From NCBI GenBank assembly GCA_045863395.1, contig BTVJ01000002.1, positions 128,001 to 192,000 of the forward strand: DNA of 64,000 nucleotides, read 5' to 3'. Positions within the stretch are counted from its first letter, which is position 1, and each line of letters opens with the position of its first letter. The stretch is from Myxococcales bacterium. GTDB lineage: Bacteria > Myxococcota_A > UBA9042 > JABWCM01 > BTVJ01. Below, one piece after another: positions 37,345 through 47,034 of this stretch. The notes beneath the pieces were generated by a model. The model ran no database searches. It was given only the letters and a program-made list of their open reading frames with translations, and was not told where the DNA came from. The translations under genes and the position numbers were made by a program.

Positions 37345-40026
37345 CTACTGCGGGTTCGGCGCGGCCGTTGGTCCACCGCGGGGGGTCGCCCTCCACCGTT
37401 CGACCAGGTAGAGCATCGCGGGGAGGGTGATCAGCGAGCCTGTCAGGCACGAGGCGATTCCGAGGGCGCCCGTGAGGCCCAGCGTCTGGATCCCCACATG
37501 GTTTGCGAAGAGCAGCCCCGCGAACCCGATGATCGTCGTCACGGACGTCAGTCCGATGGCGCCGCCCGCCTCGCTCACCACGTGCCACACGTCGCCCTCC
37601 TCCAGCCACCGGTGGTAGATGTGGATCCCGTAGTCGATGCCCATGCCGATGAGCAGCGGGAAGGCGATGATGCTGAACATGTTCACCTTGATATCCCACT
37701 CCAGGTAGATGGCCGCGAGCCACGCGATGGCCATGGCCAGGGGGACCATGATCGCGAGCGCCGCCGCCAGTGAGCGGAACAGGAGCAGCACGAGCACGAT
37801 CACCGCGAGGGAGGCCGCCCCGAGCACGATGGGGCCGTCCCGGTGCAACGTGTCGATGATCTCCACGAGCACGAAGTAGTTGGCGCCGCTCGGCACCGTC
37901 GTGTCCCCGGCAGGGAGGTCGAAGAAGGCGTCGTGCAGGCGCTTGGAGTCCGCGTAGTCGGCCTTGGCGCCCCGGTTCCACATGATGATGAAGCGCCCGA
38001 GCTCGCCCTCGCTGTCGCGGAGCTGCTCCCGCACCCACTCGGGGACCTTCTCCAGGGTCATGGGCTCCGTGACCTTCAGGTAGCGGTAGAACTTGTCCAC
38101 CTTCTCCTGGGTGTCCGCCGTCAGCGCCTCGCGCTTGCGGTCGATGCGCTCCCTGATGTCGGCGATGATGCGCAGCTTCACGTCCTGGTGCTCGGGCACG
38201 AAGCTCTGGAGGCTCAGGAATGCCTGCAGGAAGTACCGCAGCTCGTCGGCCCGGTGGGCGCCCAGCGACTGGATGAGGCGCCGCTGCTCAGGGAACAGTG
38301 TGCCGCCGTCCAGGGCCGCAGCGACGTCCTCGAAGGGGTCCGCCTCGGGCGTGGCGAAGGGGTCGTCCTCGTCGGCGGGCGCCGGGGGCGGAGGGACGTG
38401 GCGGTTGTGCGGCTCCTGGCCCCGCGCGCGGCGCATCTCGTCGTCGTCGGTCTGCTTGACGGCCTGGAGGAGCCGGGTGACCTGCTCGCACTGCGCTGCC
38501 GTCTGGCAGAGCGCCACGGCGGGCGCGAAGGTCGTCACGCGCCCGATGGCGTCGCGATAGTCCTTCTTTCCCTCGGCGGCCAGCGGATCCACCGACTTGC
38601 GAGGCCCGAGCTTCGTGAAGTCGTACTCGAAGCCCACGTCCTGGGACCGCGCAAGCCCGAAGCCCCCCACCGCGAAGCTCACGACCAGCGCGGCCGCGCA
38701 GACAACGGGAAGAGAGCGCCCCGGCGCCTGCGCCGCTCTCTTGACCCGGGCGGCCCGCGGGCGCCACGGCCGGATGCGCTCGGCCAGCACCACAAGCGGC
38801 GGCACCATGGTGAAGGTGATGAACAGGGCGACGATCACGCCCATTCCGGCCATGGCCCCGAACTGGGAGAAGCCGCGAAAGTCGCCCAGGGTCAGCAGGA
38901 AGAACACGGCCGTGGTGGTCGCGGCGCCCATGGCGACCGCGTTGCCCGTCGAGACGAAGGCGACGCGCAGGGCCTCCTCGGGGGGACGCCCGCGGTCCCG
39001 CTCGCTGCCATAGCGCGAGAGGCAGTGGATGGCGAAGTCTATGCCGAGGCCCAGCAGGATGGCGAAGATGAACGTGGTCACGAGGTTGAAGGTGCCGTAG
39101 ATGGCCCCGCCGATGCCGAGGGTGATGATCGTGGAGACCACCACCGGCAGCAGCACCACCGGGATCGCGCGAAACCGGCGGAAGAACACGAAGATGACCG
39201 CGAAGAGCAGGCCGATGGCGAAGGCGAGGGTCGACAGCACGTCCTTGCGCATGCCCGTCATCTCCCCCACCCGCTGCAGGTACTCCCCCTTCACGGAGGC
39301 CACCAGCTCCGGGTGGTAGCGAGCGGGGTCGAGGGCCGCGACCTCGGCCTCGATCTTGGCCACGAGGGCCGCCGAGAACTCCACGTTGGTGGTCAGCTCC
39401 GTCGGGCGCGCCTTGATGACGACGATGCGGCCCTCGTCCGCCTCCATGTACTCGGTGGGCACGGCGCCGCCGCCCAGGTAGCGCTCGACGAGCTCGTCCT
39501 CCTCCATGTCCAGGGGGTCGTCCTTGGACGAGGCCGCCTTGGGCGCCGCCTCGCCGTCCACGTCGACGATCAGCTCCTTCTGGGTCTCGTCACGGATCCG
39601 GTCGATGACCTTCCCGCGCAGCTCCAGCAGGTCCGGCACGGGCATGAACAGGAGCCCGTGGTCCTTGAACACCTCCAGCGAGCGCTGGAACTGGACGAAG
39701 CGGAGCTCCTTCCAGCCCGTCATGCGCTCCGCGAGGGCCTGCCCGAAGGCGATGTTGGCGTCGCGGGACGGGGACTCCACCGACACGATCAGGTCCGACT
39801 GGGTGCCCATGCGGTCGGCCACGTCCTGAAGGCGGGTCACCGACGGGTAGTCATCGGGCAGCAGCGCCTTGAGGTCCTGGTCCAGCTTGACGTGCGACAT
39901 GCCCCACACGCCCAGGCCCGTCGCCAGGGCGCAGGCGGCCAGCGTGGACCAGGGGTAGCGGGCGCCGAGGATCGCGAACGCCTCGGTCCACGTGCCGTCG
40001 ACGAGCCTCTTGAGCCACTCGGGCAT
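37345..40026 (-). CDS. MMPL/RND-family lipid transporter
   Basis: Two TM blocks with GLGIDFAIH and GMGIDYGIH; two periplasmic domains. Confidence 0.9.
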   Translation of the reverse strand: MPEWLKRLVDGTWTEAFAILGARYPWSTLAACALATGLGVWGMSHVKLDQDLKALLPDDYPSVTRLQDVADRMGTQSDLIVSVESPSRDANIAFGQALAERMTGWKELRFVQFQRSLEVFKDHGLLFMPVPDLLELRGKVIDRIRDETQKELIVDVDGEAAPKAASSKDDPLDMEEDELVERYLGGGAVPTEYMEADEGRIVVIKARPTELTTNVEFSAALVAKIEAEVAALDPARYHPELVASVKGEYLQRVGEMTGMRKDVLSTLAFAIGLLFAVIFVFFRRFRAIPVVLLPVVVSTIITLGIGGAIYGTFNLVTTFIFAILLGLGIDFAIHCLSRYGSERDRGRPPEEALRVAFVSTGNAVAMGAATTTAVFFLLTLGDFRGFSQFGAMAGMGVIVALFITFTMVPPLVVLAERIRPWRPRAARVKRAAQAPGRSLPVVCAAALVVSFAVGGFGLARSQDVGFEYDFTKLGPRKSVDPLAAEGKKDYRDAIGRVTTFAPAVALCQTAAQCEQVTRLLQAVKQTDDDEMRRARGQEPHNRHVPPPPAPADEDDPFATPEADPFEDVAAALDGGTLFPEQRRLIQSLGAHRADELRYFLQAFLSLQSFVPEHQDVKLRIIADIRERIDRKREALTADTQEKVDKFYRYLKVTEPMTLEKVPEWVREQLRDSEGELGRFIIMWNRGAKADYADSKRLHDAFFDLPAGDTTVPSGANYFVLVEIIDTLHRDGPIVLGAASLAVIVLVLLLFRSLAAALAIMVPLAMAIAWLAAIYLEWDIKVNMFSIIAFPLLIGMGIDYGIHIYHRWLEEGDVWHVVSEAGGAIGLTSVTTIIGFAGLLFANHVGIQTLGLTGALGIASCLTGSLITLPAMLYLVERWRATPRGGPTAAPNPQ

Positions 40027-40211
40027 CCTTGCCTCGCTGATTGGTGGTCCGCTCCGGTGCGGCCGTGGCATGATGCACCGGCCCGAGTGGGCGGGTCAAA
40101 CCGACGCGAATACGCGGGTGGGGCCGCGCGTCCGGGGCCGGCGCCTTTTGCGAGGTGCTCCCCATGCGTGCTATGACATGGTCCCCTGACTGAACCACTC
40201 GGAGGCAGCTC

Positions 40212-41342
40212 ATGAGTCTTCGGCGCAAGATCGCCATCTCAGCCCTGGCCACAGTCGTCATCCTGCTCGGCGTCGCCGCGCTCGGCATCTACTTCTTCGC
40301 CAACGAGAGCTACGCGTCCGGCATCGACGCCTACACGGGCACGGCGCGGGCGGTCAGCGACAAGGACATGCTCCCAGCCATGCTGGACGGCGAGCACTAC
40401 TCCGACAAGTACACCATCGAGGGGTACTTCAAGGGGGGCGGCGACATCTACGTGTCGTTGCTGATCAAGAACTTCGGCATGGGCGACGGCAAGCTGACCT
40501 TCAAGTCGCGCCTCACCCTGGCGGACGGGACCTCGCTCCGCGGCGGGGGCAACGAGAAGGCGCGGGACAAGTGGTCCTTCGCGACGTCGCCGTTCTCCCT
40601 GGAGGCCGACGGTCAGAAGATCACCGGCAAGCCCCGCGAGTTCGTCGTGAGCGGGGCGGGCGAGGGCTACACCTTCGAGATCACGTTCAAGGCGTCGGTC
40701 CCGCCGTGGCGGCCCGGCAGCGGGCGAATCACCTTCGGGAGCAACGACATCGTCTGGGACACCACCCTGCTCCAGCCCAAGTCGGCGATCAGCGGGTGGA
40801 TCGAGGTCAACGGGGAGCGCAAGGAGATCGGGGGCTACGGCTACGCGGTGCACACCTATGCAAACGTCCCGCCCCACGAGCACGCCAAGCGGTGGGTGGA
40901 CTTCCGCGCCATCTCCGGGAGCACGGTCGTCTACTACAAGGAGTTCACGGCGCCCGAGAAGCTCGGGGGGGCGACCTACCCGTACCTCCTGGTGGCCCAG
41001 AAGGGCAAGGTGGTCTTCGAGAGCCTGACGGCCAAGGTGACCTACGGGGACTGGCAGACGGACAACAAGCACGAGAACAAGTACCGCGTGCCCGAGAAGC
41101 TGCTGATCACCGACGAGAAGGACGGCAAGAAGCTGAAGCTCGCCATCGCCGCCGGCAAGCTCAAGGGGCGCGAGGACGTCATCGAGGGGCTGTCGTCCAT
41201 CGAGGGGGCCATCGTGTCGAAGCTCGCCAAGCCCGTGAACTACCGCTACGGCGGCAAGTTCGAGGTGTCCATCGAGACGCCGGAGGGGGAGGTCACGGGG
41301 TCAGGCTCAGGGACCCTGGAGGTCAACCACCTGAACAAGTGA
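40212..41342 (+). CDS. Membrane-anchored beta-rich protein (possible AttH/Svf1-like fold)
   Basis: GGAGG RBS; N-terminal TM segment; strong coding bias; PWRPGSG and GWIEVNG..GYGY segments; fold call tentative. Confidence 0.6.
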   Translation: MSLRRKIAISALATVVILLGVAALGIYFFANESYASGIDAYTGTARAVSDKDMLPAMLDGEHYSDKYTIEGYFKGGGDIYVSLLIKNFGMGDGKLTFKSRLTLADGTSLRGGGNEKARDKWSFATSPFSLEADGQKITGKPREFVVSGAGEGYTFEITFKASVPPWRPGSGRITFGSNDIVWDTTLLQPKSAISGWIEVNGERKEIGGYGYAVHTYANVPPHEHAKRWVDFRAISGSTVVYYKEFTAPEKLGGATYPYLLVAQKGKVVFESLTAKVTYGDWQTDNKHENKYRVPEKLLITDEKDGKKLKLAIAAGKLKGREDVIEGLSSIEGAIVSKLAKPVNYRYGGKFEVSIETPEGEVTGSGSGTLEVNHLNK

Positions 41343-42462
41343 TGGTGTCTGGCAGCAGGCCCTCGTAGACCGCCGCTGTCTGCCTCGCCGCCTCGTCCCA
41401 CCGCAGCGTGAGGGCCTGGGCGGTGCCTCTGTTTCGCAGGTCCTCACGCAGGGCCCCGTCATCGACGACGCGCCGGATGGCCGCGGCGAGCGCCTCCGGG
41501 TCCGTCGGAGGGGCGAGGAGCGCCGCGTCGCCCACGATCTCGCGGATCACCGGGATGTCCGAGGTCACCACGGGGCAGCCCGCCGCCATGGCCTCCACGG
41601 CCGGGAAGCCGAAGCCCTCGATGAGGCTCGGGAACACCAGCGCCCGCGCCGCCCGCATGAGGGCGTGGACCTCCGCGTCATCGATCATGCCCGTGTAGGT
41701 GACGCCGTGGTCCACCCCGAGCTGGAGGCTCAGGCGGCGCAGCTCCGGCAGGGAGTCGCCGCGGCCCACGATGACGAGCTCCAGGGCAGGGTGGGTCGCC
41801 AGGACGGCCGCGAAGGCGCGCAGCAACGTGGGGAGGTTCTTGTAGGGCTTGGAGTTGCCCAAGGACAGCAGGAAGGGCTGCGGCGGCTCGGGGCGGGGCG
41901 TGCCGGCGTCGGGGGCTCCCTCGTGATCGACCCCGTGGTGGATGACGGTGAAGCGGTCGGCGGGGATGTGGAACCGCGCGATGGCCCGGTCACGGGAGTG
42001 GGCGCTGATCGCGATGATGTGGTCCGCCCGGCGCAGCGCGTGCCACATGGTGGCCGTGCCGTAGACCTGGTTTGCCCGCGCCTTGGGCCAGGCCCACCTC
42101 CCCGAGAAGGTGAGCTCCGCGTGCTCGACCCAGATCAGGTCGTGCAGCGTCATGACGACCCGGGGAGCCCGCAGGCCAGGCGGCAGGAAGTGGTGGAGGC
42201 TGTGGTAGAGGTCCAGGCGCAGGCGGTCGATGCCCGGCGCCGAGAGCAGGTTCGCCGGGTGGTCGAGGAGGCCCGGGAGCACGGCCTCCGTGACGTTGGG
42301 TGCGGTGGACAGGGGCTCGGAGATGACGGGGCGCTTGATGATCACGAAGTCGGCGCCGGGCGCGAGGGCCGGGAGGCGGCGGATCAGCTCCCGGGCGTAG
42401 CGCCCGAGGCCGCTGGTCCGGGTGTCCACCATGCGCGCGTCCAGTCCGATGCGGGGTCTCAC
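41323..42462 (-). CDS. Glycosyltransferase, GT4 family
   Basis: IGLDAR..SGLGRY, TLHDLI, KPYKNL, PSLIEGFGFPAVEAMAAG. Confidence 0.92.
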   Translation of the reverse strand: MRPRIGLDARMVDTRTSGLGRYARELIRRLPALAPGADFVIIKRPVISEPLSTAPNVTEAVLPGLLDHPANLLSAPGIDRLRLDLYHSLHHFLPPGLRAPRVVMTLHDLIWVEHAELTFSGRWAWPKARANQVYGTATMWHALRRADHIIAISAHSRDRAIARFHIPADRFTVIHHGVDHEGAPDAGTPRPEPPQPFLLSLGNSKPYKNLPTLLRAFAAVLATHPALELVIVGRGDSLPELRRLSLQLGVDHGVTYTGMIDDAEVHALMRAARALVFPSLIEGFGFPAVEAMAAGCPVVTSDIPVIREIVGDAALLAPPTDPEALAAAIRRVVDDGALREDLRNRGTAQALTLRWDEAARQTAAVYEGLLPDTITCSGG

Positions 42463-42573
42463 AGTGGTCCTCCGTGGGGGCGGAGTCTCGCACGGGGGGG
42501 ATGCCGCGGCAACCCGCTTGACCGCGTGAGGGCGCTTCGAGTAGACCTGCCCACCCACGAGAGGAGGGTCCGC

Positions 42574-43605
42574 ATGAGCAAGCAAGAGTCGAAGGCGGCG
42601 CCGTTGATGGCGGAGCGGCCGATCCGGGGGCGCCGGCTGCTGTCGGGGGTGCAGCCATCGGGGCTGCTGCACCTCGGCAACTGGTTCGGGGCTATGCAGC
42701 AGCACATCGAGCTTCAGCACGACAACGACGCCTTCTACTTCATCGCGAACTACCACTCGCTGACGACCGTGCAGGACGCGAAGCGCCTGCGGGAGCTGAC
42801 CCGCAACGTGGCGCTGGACTACCTGGCGCTGGGGCTCGATCCGTCGCGTGCGCGCTTGTTTCGGCAGTCGGACGTGCCGGAGGTCACCGAGCTGGCGTGG
42901 CTGCTGGCGGTGCTGGTCGGCATGGGCGACCTGGAGCGGGCCGTGTCCTACAAGGACAAGGTCTCCAGGGGCATCCCGGCGACGGCGGGGCTGTTCACCT
43001 ACCCCCTGCTCATGGCGGCCGACATCCTGATCTACGGCAGCGAGGTCGTGCCCGTAGGCGAGGACCAGGTGCAGCACATCGAGATGACCCGCCGCTTCGC
43101 GACGCGGTTCAACACGGAGTACGGCGCGGAGGTCTTCACGCTGCCTCAGGCCCTGCTCAACGAGGCGCGCACGGTTCCGGGGCTCGACGGGCAGAAGATG
43201 TCCAAGAGCTACGGCAACACCATCGACCTGTTTGCCGCACCGAAGGTGGCCCGCAAGGCCATCATGTCCATCGTGACCGACAGCACGCCCGTGGAAGATC
43301 CCAAGGACCCCGAGCGCTGCAACGCCTTCGCGATCCTCAAGCTGCTGGTGAGCGCGGAGGAGGCCGCGGCGTGGGCGGAGCGCTACCGCACGGGACCGCT
43401 CGGGTACGGCGAGGTCAAGCTGCGCATCTTCGAGCGCTACGGGGAGGTCTTCGGGCCGGCGCGGGAGCGGCGGGAGGCCCTGGCCGCCGACCCGGACATG
43501 GTGGAGGACATCCTGATCGACGGGGCGCGGCGGGCGCGGGAGGTTGCGGTCGGGGTGATGGACGCGGCGCGGGAGGCGTGTGGCATCGTCACTGGCAGGA
43601 GGTGA
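42574..43605 (+). CDS. trpS: Tryptophanyl-tRNA synthetase
   Basis: SGVQPSG.LHLGN, YPLLMAADIL, VPVGEDQ.QH.E, KMSKS. Confidence 0.97.
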   Translation: MSKQESKAAPLMAERPIRGRRLLSGVQPSGLLHLGNWFGAMQQHIELQHDNDAFYFIANYHSLTTVQDAKRLRELTRNVALDYLALGLDPSRARLFRQSDVPEVTELAWLLAVLVGMGDLERAVSYKDKVSRGIPATAGLFTYPLLMAADILIYGSEVVPVGEDQVQHIEMTRRFATRFNTEYGAEVFTLPQALLNEARTVPGLDGQKMSKSYGNTIDLFAAPKVARKAIMSIVTDSTPVEDPKDPERCNAFAILKLLVSAEEAAAWAERYRTGPLGYGEVKLRIFERYGEVFGPARERREALAADPDMVEDILIDGARRAREVAVGVMDAAREACGIVTGRR

Positions 43606-43617
43606 GCCCAGCGTGGG

Positions 43618-44685
43618 TCACCCGTCGGTGACCACCCGGTTGCGCCCCCCGTCCTTCGCCCGGTAGAGGGCTGCGTCGACCCGCCTCATCAGGGCGAGCG
43701 TGTCCTCGCCGGGCTGGAGGCACGCCACTCCGAAGCTCGCCGTGACCACGTCGGGCATACCCTCCACGGACATACCTGCGAGCTGTGCGCGGAGGCGCTC
43801 GGCCACGCGAGTCCCCTGGTCGAGCCCCGTAGACGGGAGCAGCACGACGAACTCCTCGCCGCCGATGCGCGCGACGACGTCGTAGGGCCGGGCGACCTCC
43901 TTGAGGTGGCGCGCGGTCTCCTGCAGCACCAGGTCGCCGACGCCGTGGCCGTAGGTGTCGTTGATGGACTTGAAGTAGTCCAGGTCGAGCATGATGAGCG
44001 TCAGCGGCGCCAGGCTGCGCTCGGAGCGCTCGTGCTCCCGCTTCAGGGCGGTCATGAAGGTGCGCCGGTTTGCGACGCTGGTCAGGGGGTCGAGGGCGGC
44101 CAGCTCCGAGATGACCTTGTAGGCCTCCTCGAGCTGCCTCGTGCGCTCGAGCAGCTCGCGGGTGCGCTCACGGACCCGCCGCTCCAGCTCCAGGTTGGAC
44201 TGGCGCAGCTCGTCGATCAGGCGGCGGCGCTCCCGCAGGAGCCGGTTGTGCTCGACGCCTCGCGCCACGATGCCCTGGAGCTCGAACGCCTGCCAGGGCT
44301 TGGTCAGGTAGTAGAAGATGTGCCCCTCGTTGACCGCCTGGACGACCGTCTGGATGTCACCGTAGGCCGTCAACAGGATGCGCGCCGCGTCCGGCTGGAT
44401 GCGGACGGCGGCTGAGAGGAGCTCGGTGCCCGACATCTCCGGCATGCGCTGGTCGGAGAGCACGACCGCGACCTGGTGCTCGGCGAGGAGCCGGAGGGCC
44501 TCGTTCCCGTCCCGGGCAGAGAGCACGTAGTGGTGATCGATGAGCTGCTCGACGAGCAGGAGCCGCATGGCGACGTCGTCGTCCACGACGAGCACCGTTG
44601 CCAGGTCCGGGGCGGCGGGCGCGTCGTCGCGTGCGTCGTCGTCCGGGCCGTGGGAGCTCTCGCCATCCTCGATTCGGTTGGACAC
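43618..44685 (-). CDS. Response regulator-diguanylate cyclase (REC-coiled coil-GGDEF)
   Basis: VVDDD, SDQRMP, TKP; DLDYFK.INDTYGH; RPYD I-site; GGEEF. Confidence 0.93.
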   Translation of the reverse strand: MSNRIEDGESSHGPDDDARDDAPAAPDLATVLVVDDDVAMRLLLVEQLIDHHYVLSARDGNEALRLLAEHQVAVVLSDQRMPEMSGTELLSAAVRIQPDAARILLTAYGDIQTVVQAVNEGHIFYYLTKPWQAFELQGIVARGVEHNRLLRERRRLIDELRQSNLELERRVRERTRELLERTRQLEEAYKVISELAALDPLTSVANRRTFMTALKREHERSERSLAPLTLIMLDLDYFKSINDTYGHGVGDLVLQETARHLKEVARPYDVVARIGGEEFVVLLPSTGLDQGTRVAERLRAQLAGMSVEGMPDVVTASFGVACLQPGEDTLALMRRVDAALYRAKDGGRNRVVTDG

Positions 44686-44697
44686 GGAGCCCCCTCC

Positions 44698-45549
44698 CTA
44701 GAAGAAGTCTTGATCGGCCACCAGGGTAGCGAGCACGGCCCGCGCCGACTGTGGACGGTCTGCCGGGTCCTTCGACAACAAGCTCATGACCAGCGACGCC
44801 AGGGCCGGCGGACAGTCGGGAGCCGACGGGTGCCCATGGAGCGACGTCGGGACATGCGTCTGGTGCATGTGGAGGAAGTTCACGATGTTGGTCGCCGGGA
44901 TGGGGTGCTCCCCCGTCAGGCACTCGTAGAGGATGATCCCCAGGGAGTACAGATCCGAGCGGGTGTCGGCACGGGTCGCGTCCACCGCCTCGGGGGCCAG
45001 GTACTGGATGCTGCCGAGGCTCATCCCGCGACGGGTCAGGCGCCGGTCGCTGGGGTCCGCGTCGGTGAAGCGCACGAGGCCGAAGTCGATGACCTTCACC
45101 TGGTCCCCGGCCGCAACGAAGATGTTGTCCGGCTTGAGGTCCCGGTGGATGATCGCGTGCCCGTGCGCCTCTACGAGCCCGTTGGTGAGCTGGGTGGCGA
45201 TGCGCTGGACGCGCCCCGGCTGCAGGCGGCGCTCCCGGTCGAGGAGCTGGCGCAGGGTGTCGCCCTTCAGCAGCTCGACGACCATGTAGCAGGCTCCCTC
45301 TGGCGTGACGCCCGTGTCGAGGAGCCGGATGAGCGTCGGGTGCTTGAGCAGGCGCCCGGCCTCGATCTCGCGCCGGAACCGCCCCAACGCCTGGGGGTTG
45401 GTCGTCAGCGTGGGATCCAGGATCTTGAGCGCGACCTCTTGCCCATCGGCGAGGCGCCGTGCCCGGTGGACGCTGGTGGTCTGGCCGCCGCCGAGCAGCT
45501 CCAATAGCTCATAGCGGTCGTCGAAGATCTCCGGCTGTCGTGCCTGCAT
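44698..45549 (-). CDS. Hanks-type Ser/Thr protein kinase (single domain)
   Basis: VALKIL, HRDLKPDN, DFG, APE, DLYSLG; atypical Gly loop LGGGQTT. Confidence 0.92.
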   Translation of the reverse strand: MQARQPEIFDDRYELLELLGGGQTTSVHRARRLADGQEVALKILDPTLTTNPQALGRFRREIEAGRLLKHPTLIRLLDTGVTPEGACYMVVELLKGDTLRQLLDRERRLQPGRVQRIATQLTNGLVEAHGHAIIHRDLKPDNIFVAAGDQVKVIDFGLVRFTDADPSDRRLTRRGMSLGSIQYLAPEAVDATRADTRSDLYSLGIILYECLTGEHPIPATNIVNFLHMHQTHVPTSLHGHPSAPDCPPALASLVMSLLSKDPADRPQSARAVLATLVADQDFF

Positions 45550-45725
45550 GGGGGCGTCTCCTTGGGGCGCCCACTGTAGCGCGCATCGCCGGGCAGGTCG
45601 AGGGCGCGGCCGTGGCGGCCATGGGTTCCGCGGGGTTGATCGCGCAGCGGAGCGGCGCGCGCCGAGCGCGCCGACGTCCTGGATCGTCTTGATCGGGGCT
45701 CTCGCTGGCGGCAAGGTGCTCGCCC

Positions 45726-46952
45726 ATGGCGGATCTTCTCACGTCGTTGGCGCGGGAGCTGGAGCGGGACGGCGCGGCGCTGGGGGTCTCCGTGTGCGTG
45801 GGGGACTGCCGGGGGAGGCGCGCAGTGCTCGACGTGCGGCGGGGCGGGGCGACGGGGCACCTGGCGTTGACCCCACGGGAGCCCGGCAGCGGGGCGCAGC
45901 TTCGTGGCGCCGCGCTGGACGGGGACCTCACCTGGGACGGGGCGCCGGATGCGCGGCTGGAGGCGTGGATCGCGGCGCGGGCGGCGCGAGCGCTGGGGTC
46001 GGTGGCGCTGGCGCGCGCCATCGACGCGGGGGAGTATGATCCCCGGTCCATCCTGGACGTGGGCGTCGAGACCCTGGTGGAGCGCGGGCTCAAGCCCAGC
46101 GCGCGCCTGGCGGTGGCGGCGGACGCTGACCTGACCGCCTTGGAGGCGCGCGTGCCCGTCGTGGTGTCGTCGCGGGGCGACTTCGCGTTCACCCGGCAGG
46201 GGCGCCTCGACCTGGCGGCGGGCGGTCGTCGCTTCGTGTACCTGGGACATGACCGGGGCACGGTGGAGCGCCTGCGGGACATCGACGAGGTGCTGTTCTC
46301 GATGCGTGGCCTCTTGGGGGATCCGGCCCGCTCTCGGGCGCTCCGCCGCGAGCAGGGGCTGCTGCTCGGGTATCCCCGCTGCTGCGTGGAGTGGTTCGCC
46401 GCGGAGCGCCCGGCCACGGCGCCCCGCGACGAGCTCTGGGACCTCGCGGAGGCCCTGGGGTGGGATGGCCTCGTGGTGGACCCGCGCCTCGGCTTCGTGG
46501 CGTCGGTGCTCACGAAGATCCCCGTCCTGCCCCACGTGCCGTGCAGCGCGTCCTGTGACGCCACGGCCCGCCAGACCGGCGCCTGGATCCGCGCGCTCTA
46601 CAGCCCCTGGTGCGCCCGGGTGGTGCTGCGGCTCCTGGCGACCTCGGTGGCCCTGTGGCCAGACGGGCGCCTCGTGCCCTTTGCGCTGGATGGTGTCGAA
46701 GGCGGGGCGCTGCGGGTCCGCGACTTCAACCGCACGCCGTGGCCGGAGCTGATGACGGAGGCATGGAGTCTGCGCCGCCTGGACGGGGCGGAGGCCGTGG
46801 ACGCGATCCGGCGAGACGGCGGCTTGAGCGTGCGCGTGGAGGGCCAGTGGCGCCCGTGGGGACCCCCGGGGCGGCCGCTGCTGCTGCTGTTCGGCAGTGG
46901 TGCCCGAGGCGGGCCGGGAGCGCCCGGTGACGGGAGCAGGGGATCCTCGTAG
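45726..46952 (+). CDS. Hypothetical protein with DUF483-like Cys motifs
   Basis: GLLLGYPRCCVEWF and HVPCSASC. Confidence 0.6.
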   Translation: MADLLTSLARELERDGAALGVSVCVGDCRGRRAVLDVRRGGATGHLALTPREPGSGAQLRGAALDGDLTWDGAPDARLEAWIAARAARALGSVALARAIDAGEYDPRSILDVGVETLVERGLKPSARLAVAADADLTALEARVPVVVSSRGDFAFTRQGRLDLAAGGRRFVYLGHDRGTVERLRDIDEVLFSMRGLLGDPARSRALRREQGLLLGYPRCCVEWFAAERPATAPRDELWDLAEALGWDGLVVDPRLGFVASVLTKIPVLPHVPCSASCDATARQTGAWIRALYSPWCARVVLRLLATSVALWPDGRLVPFALDGVEGGALRVRDFNRTPWPELMTEAWSLRRLDGAEAVDAIRRDGGLSVRVEGQWRPWGPPGRPLLLLFGSGARGGPGAPGDGSRGSS

Positions 46953-47034
46953 GGGAAGCAGGCGACGCGGGATGCCAGGCGGGGGCCGTCGTCCCCCTCG
47001 CCATCTGGTCGGCGATGGAGTAGGATCCGGCGCC

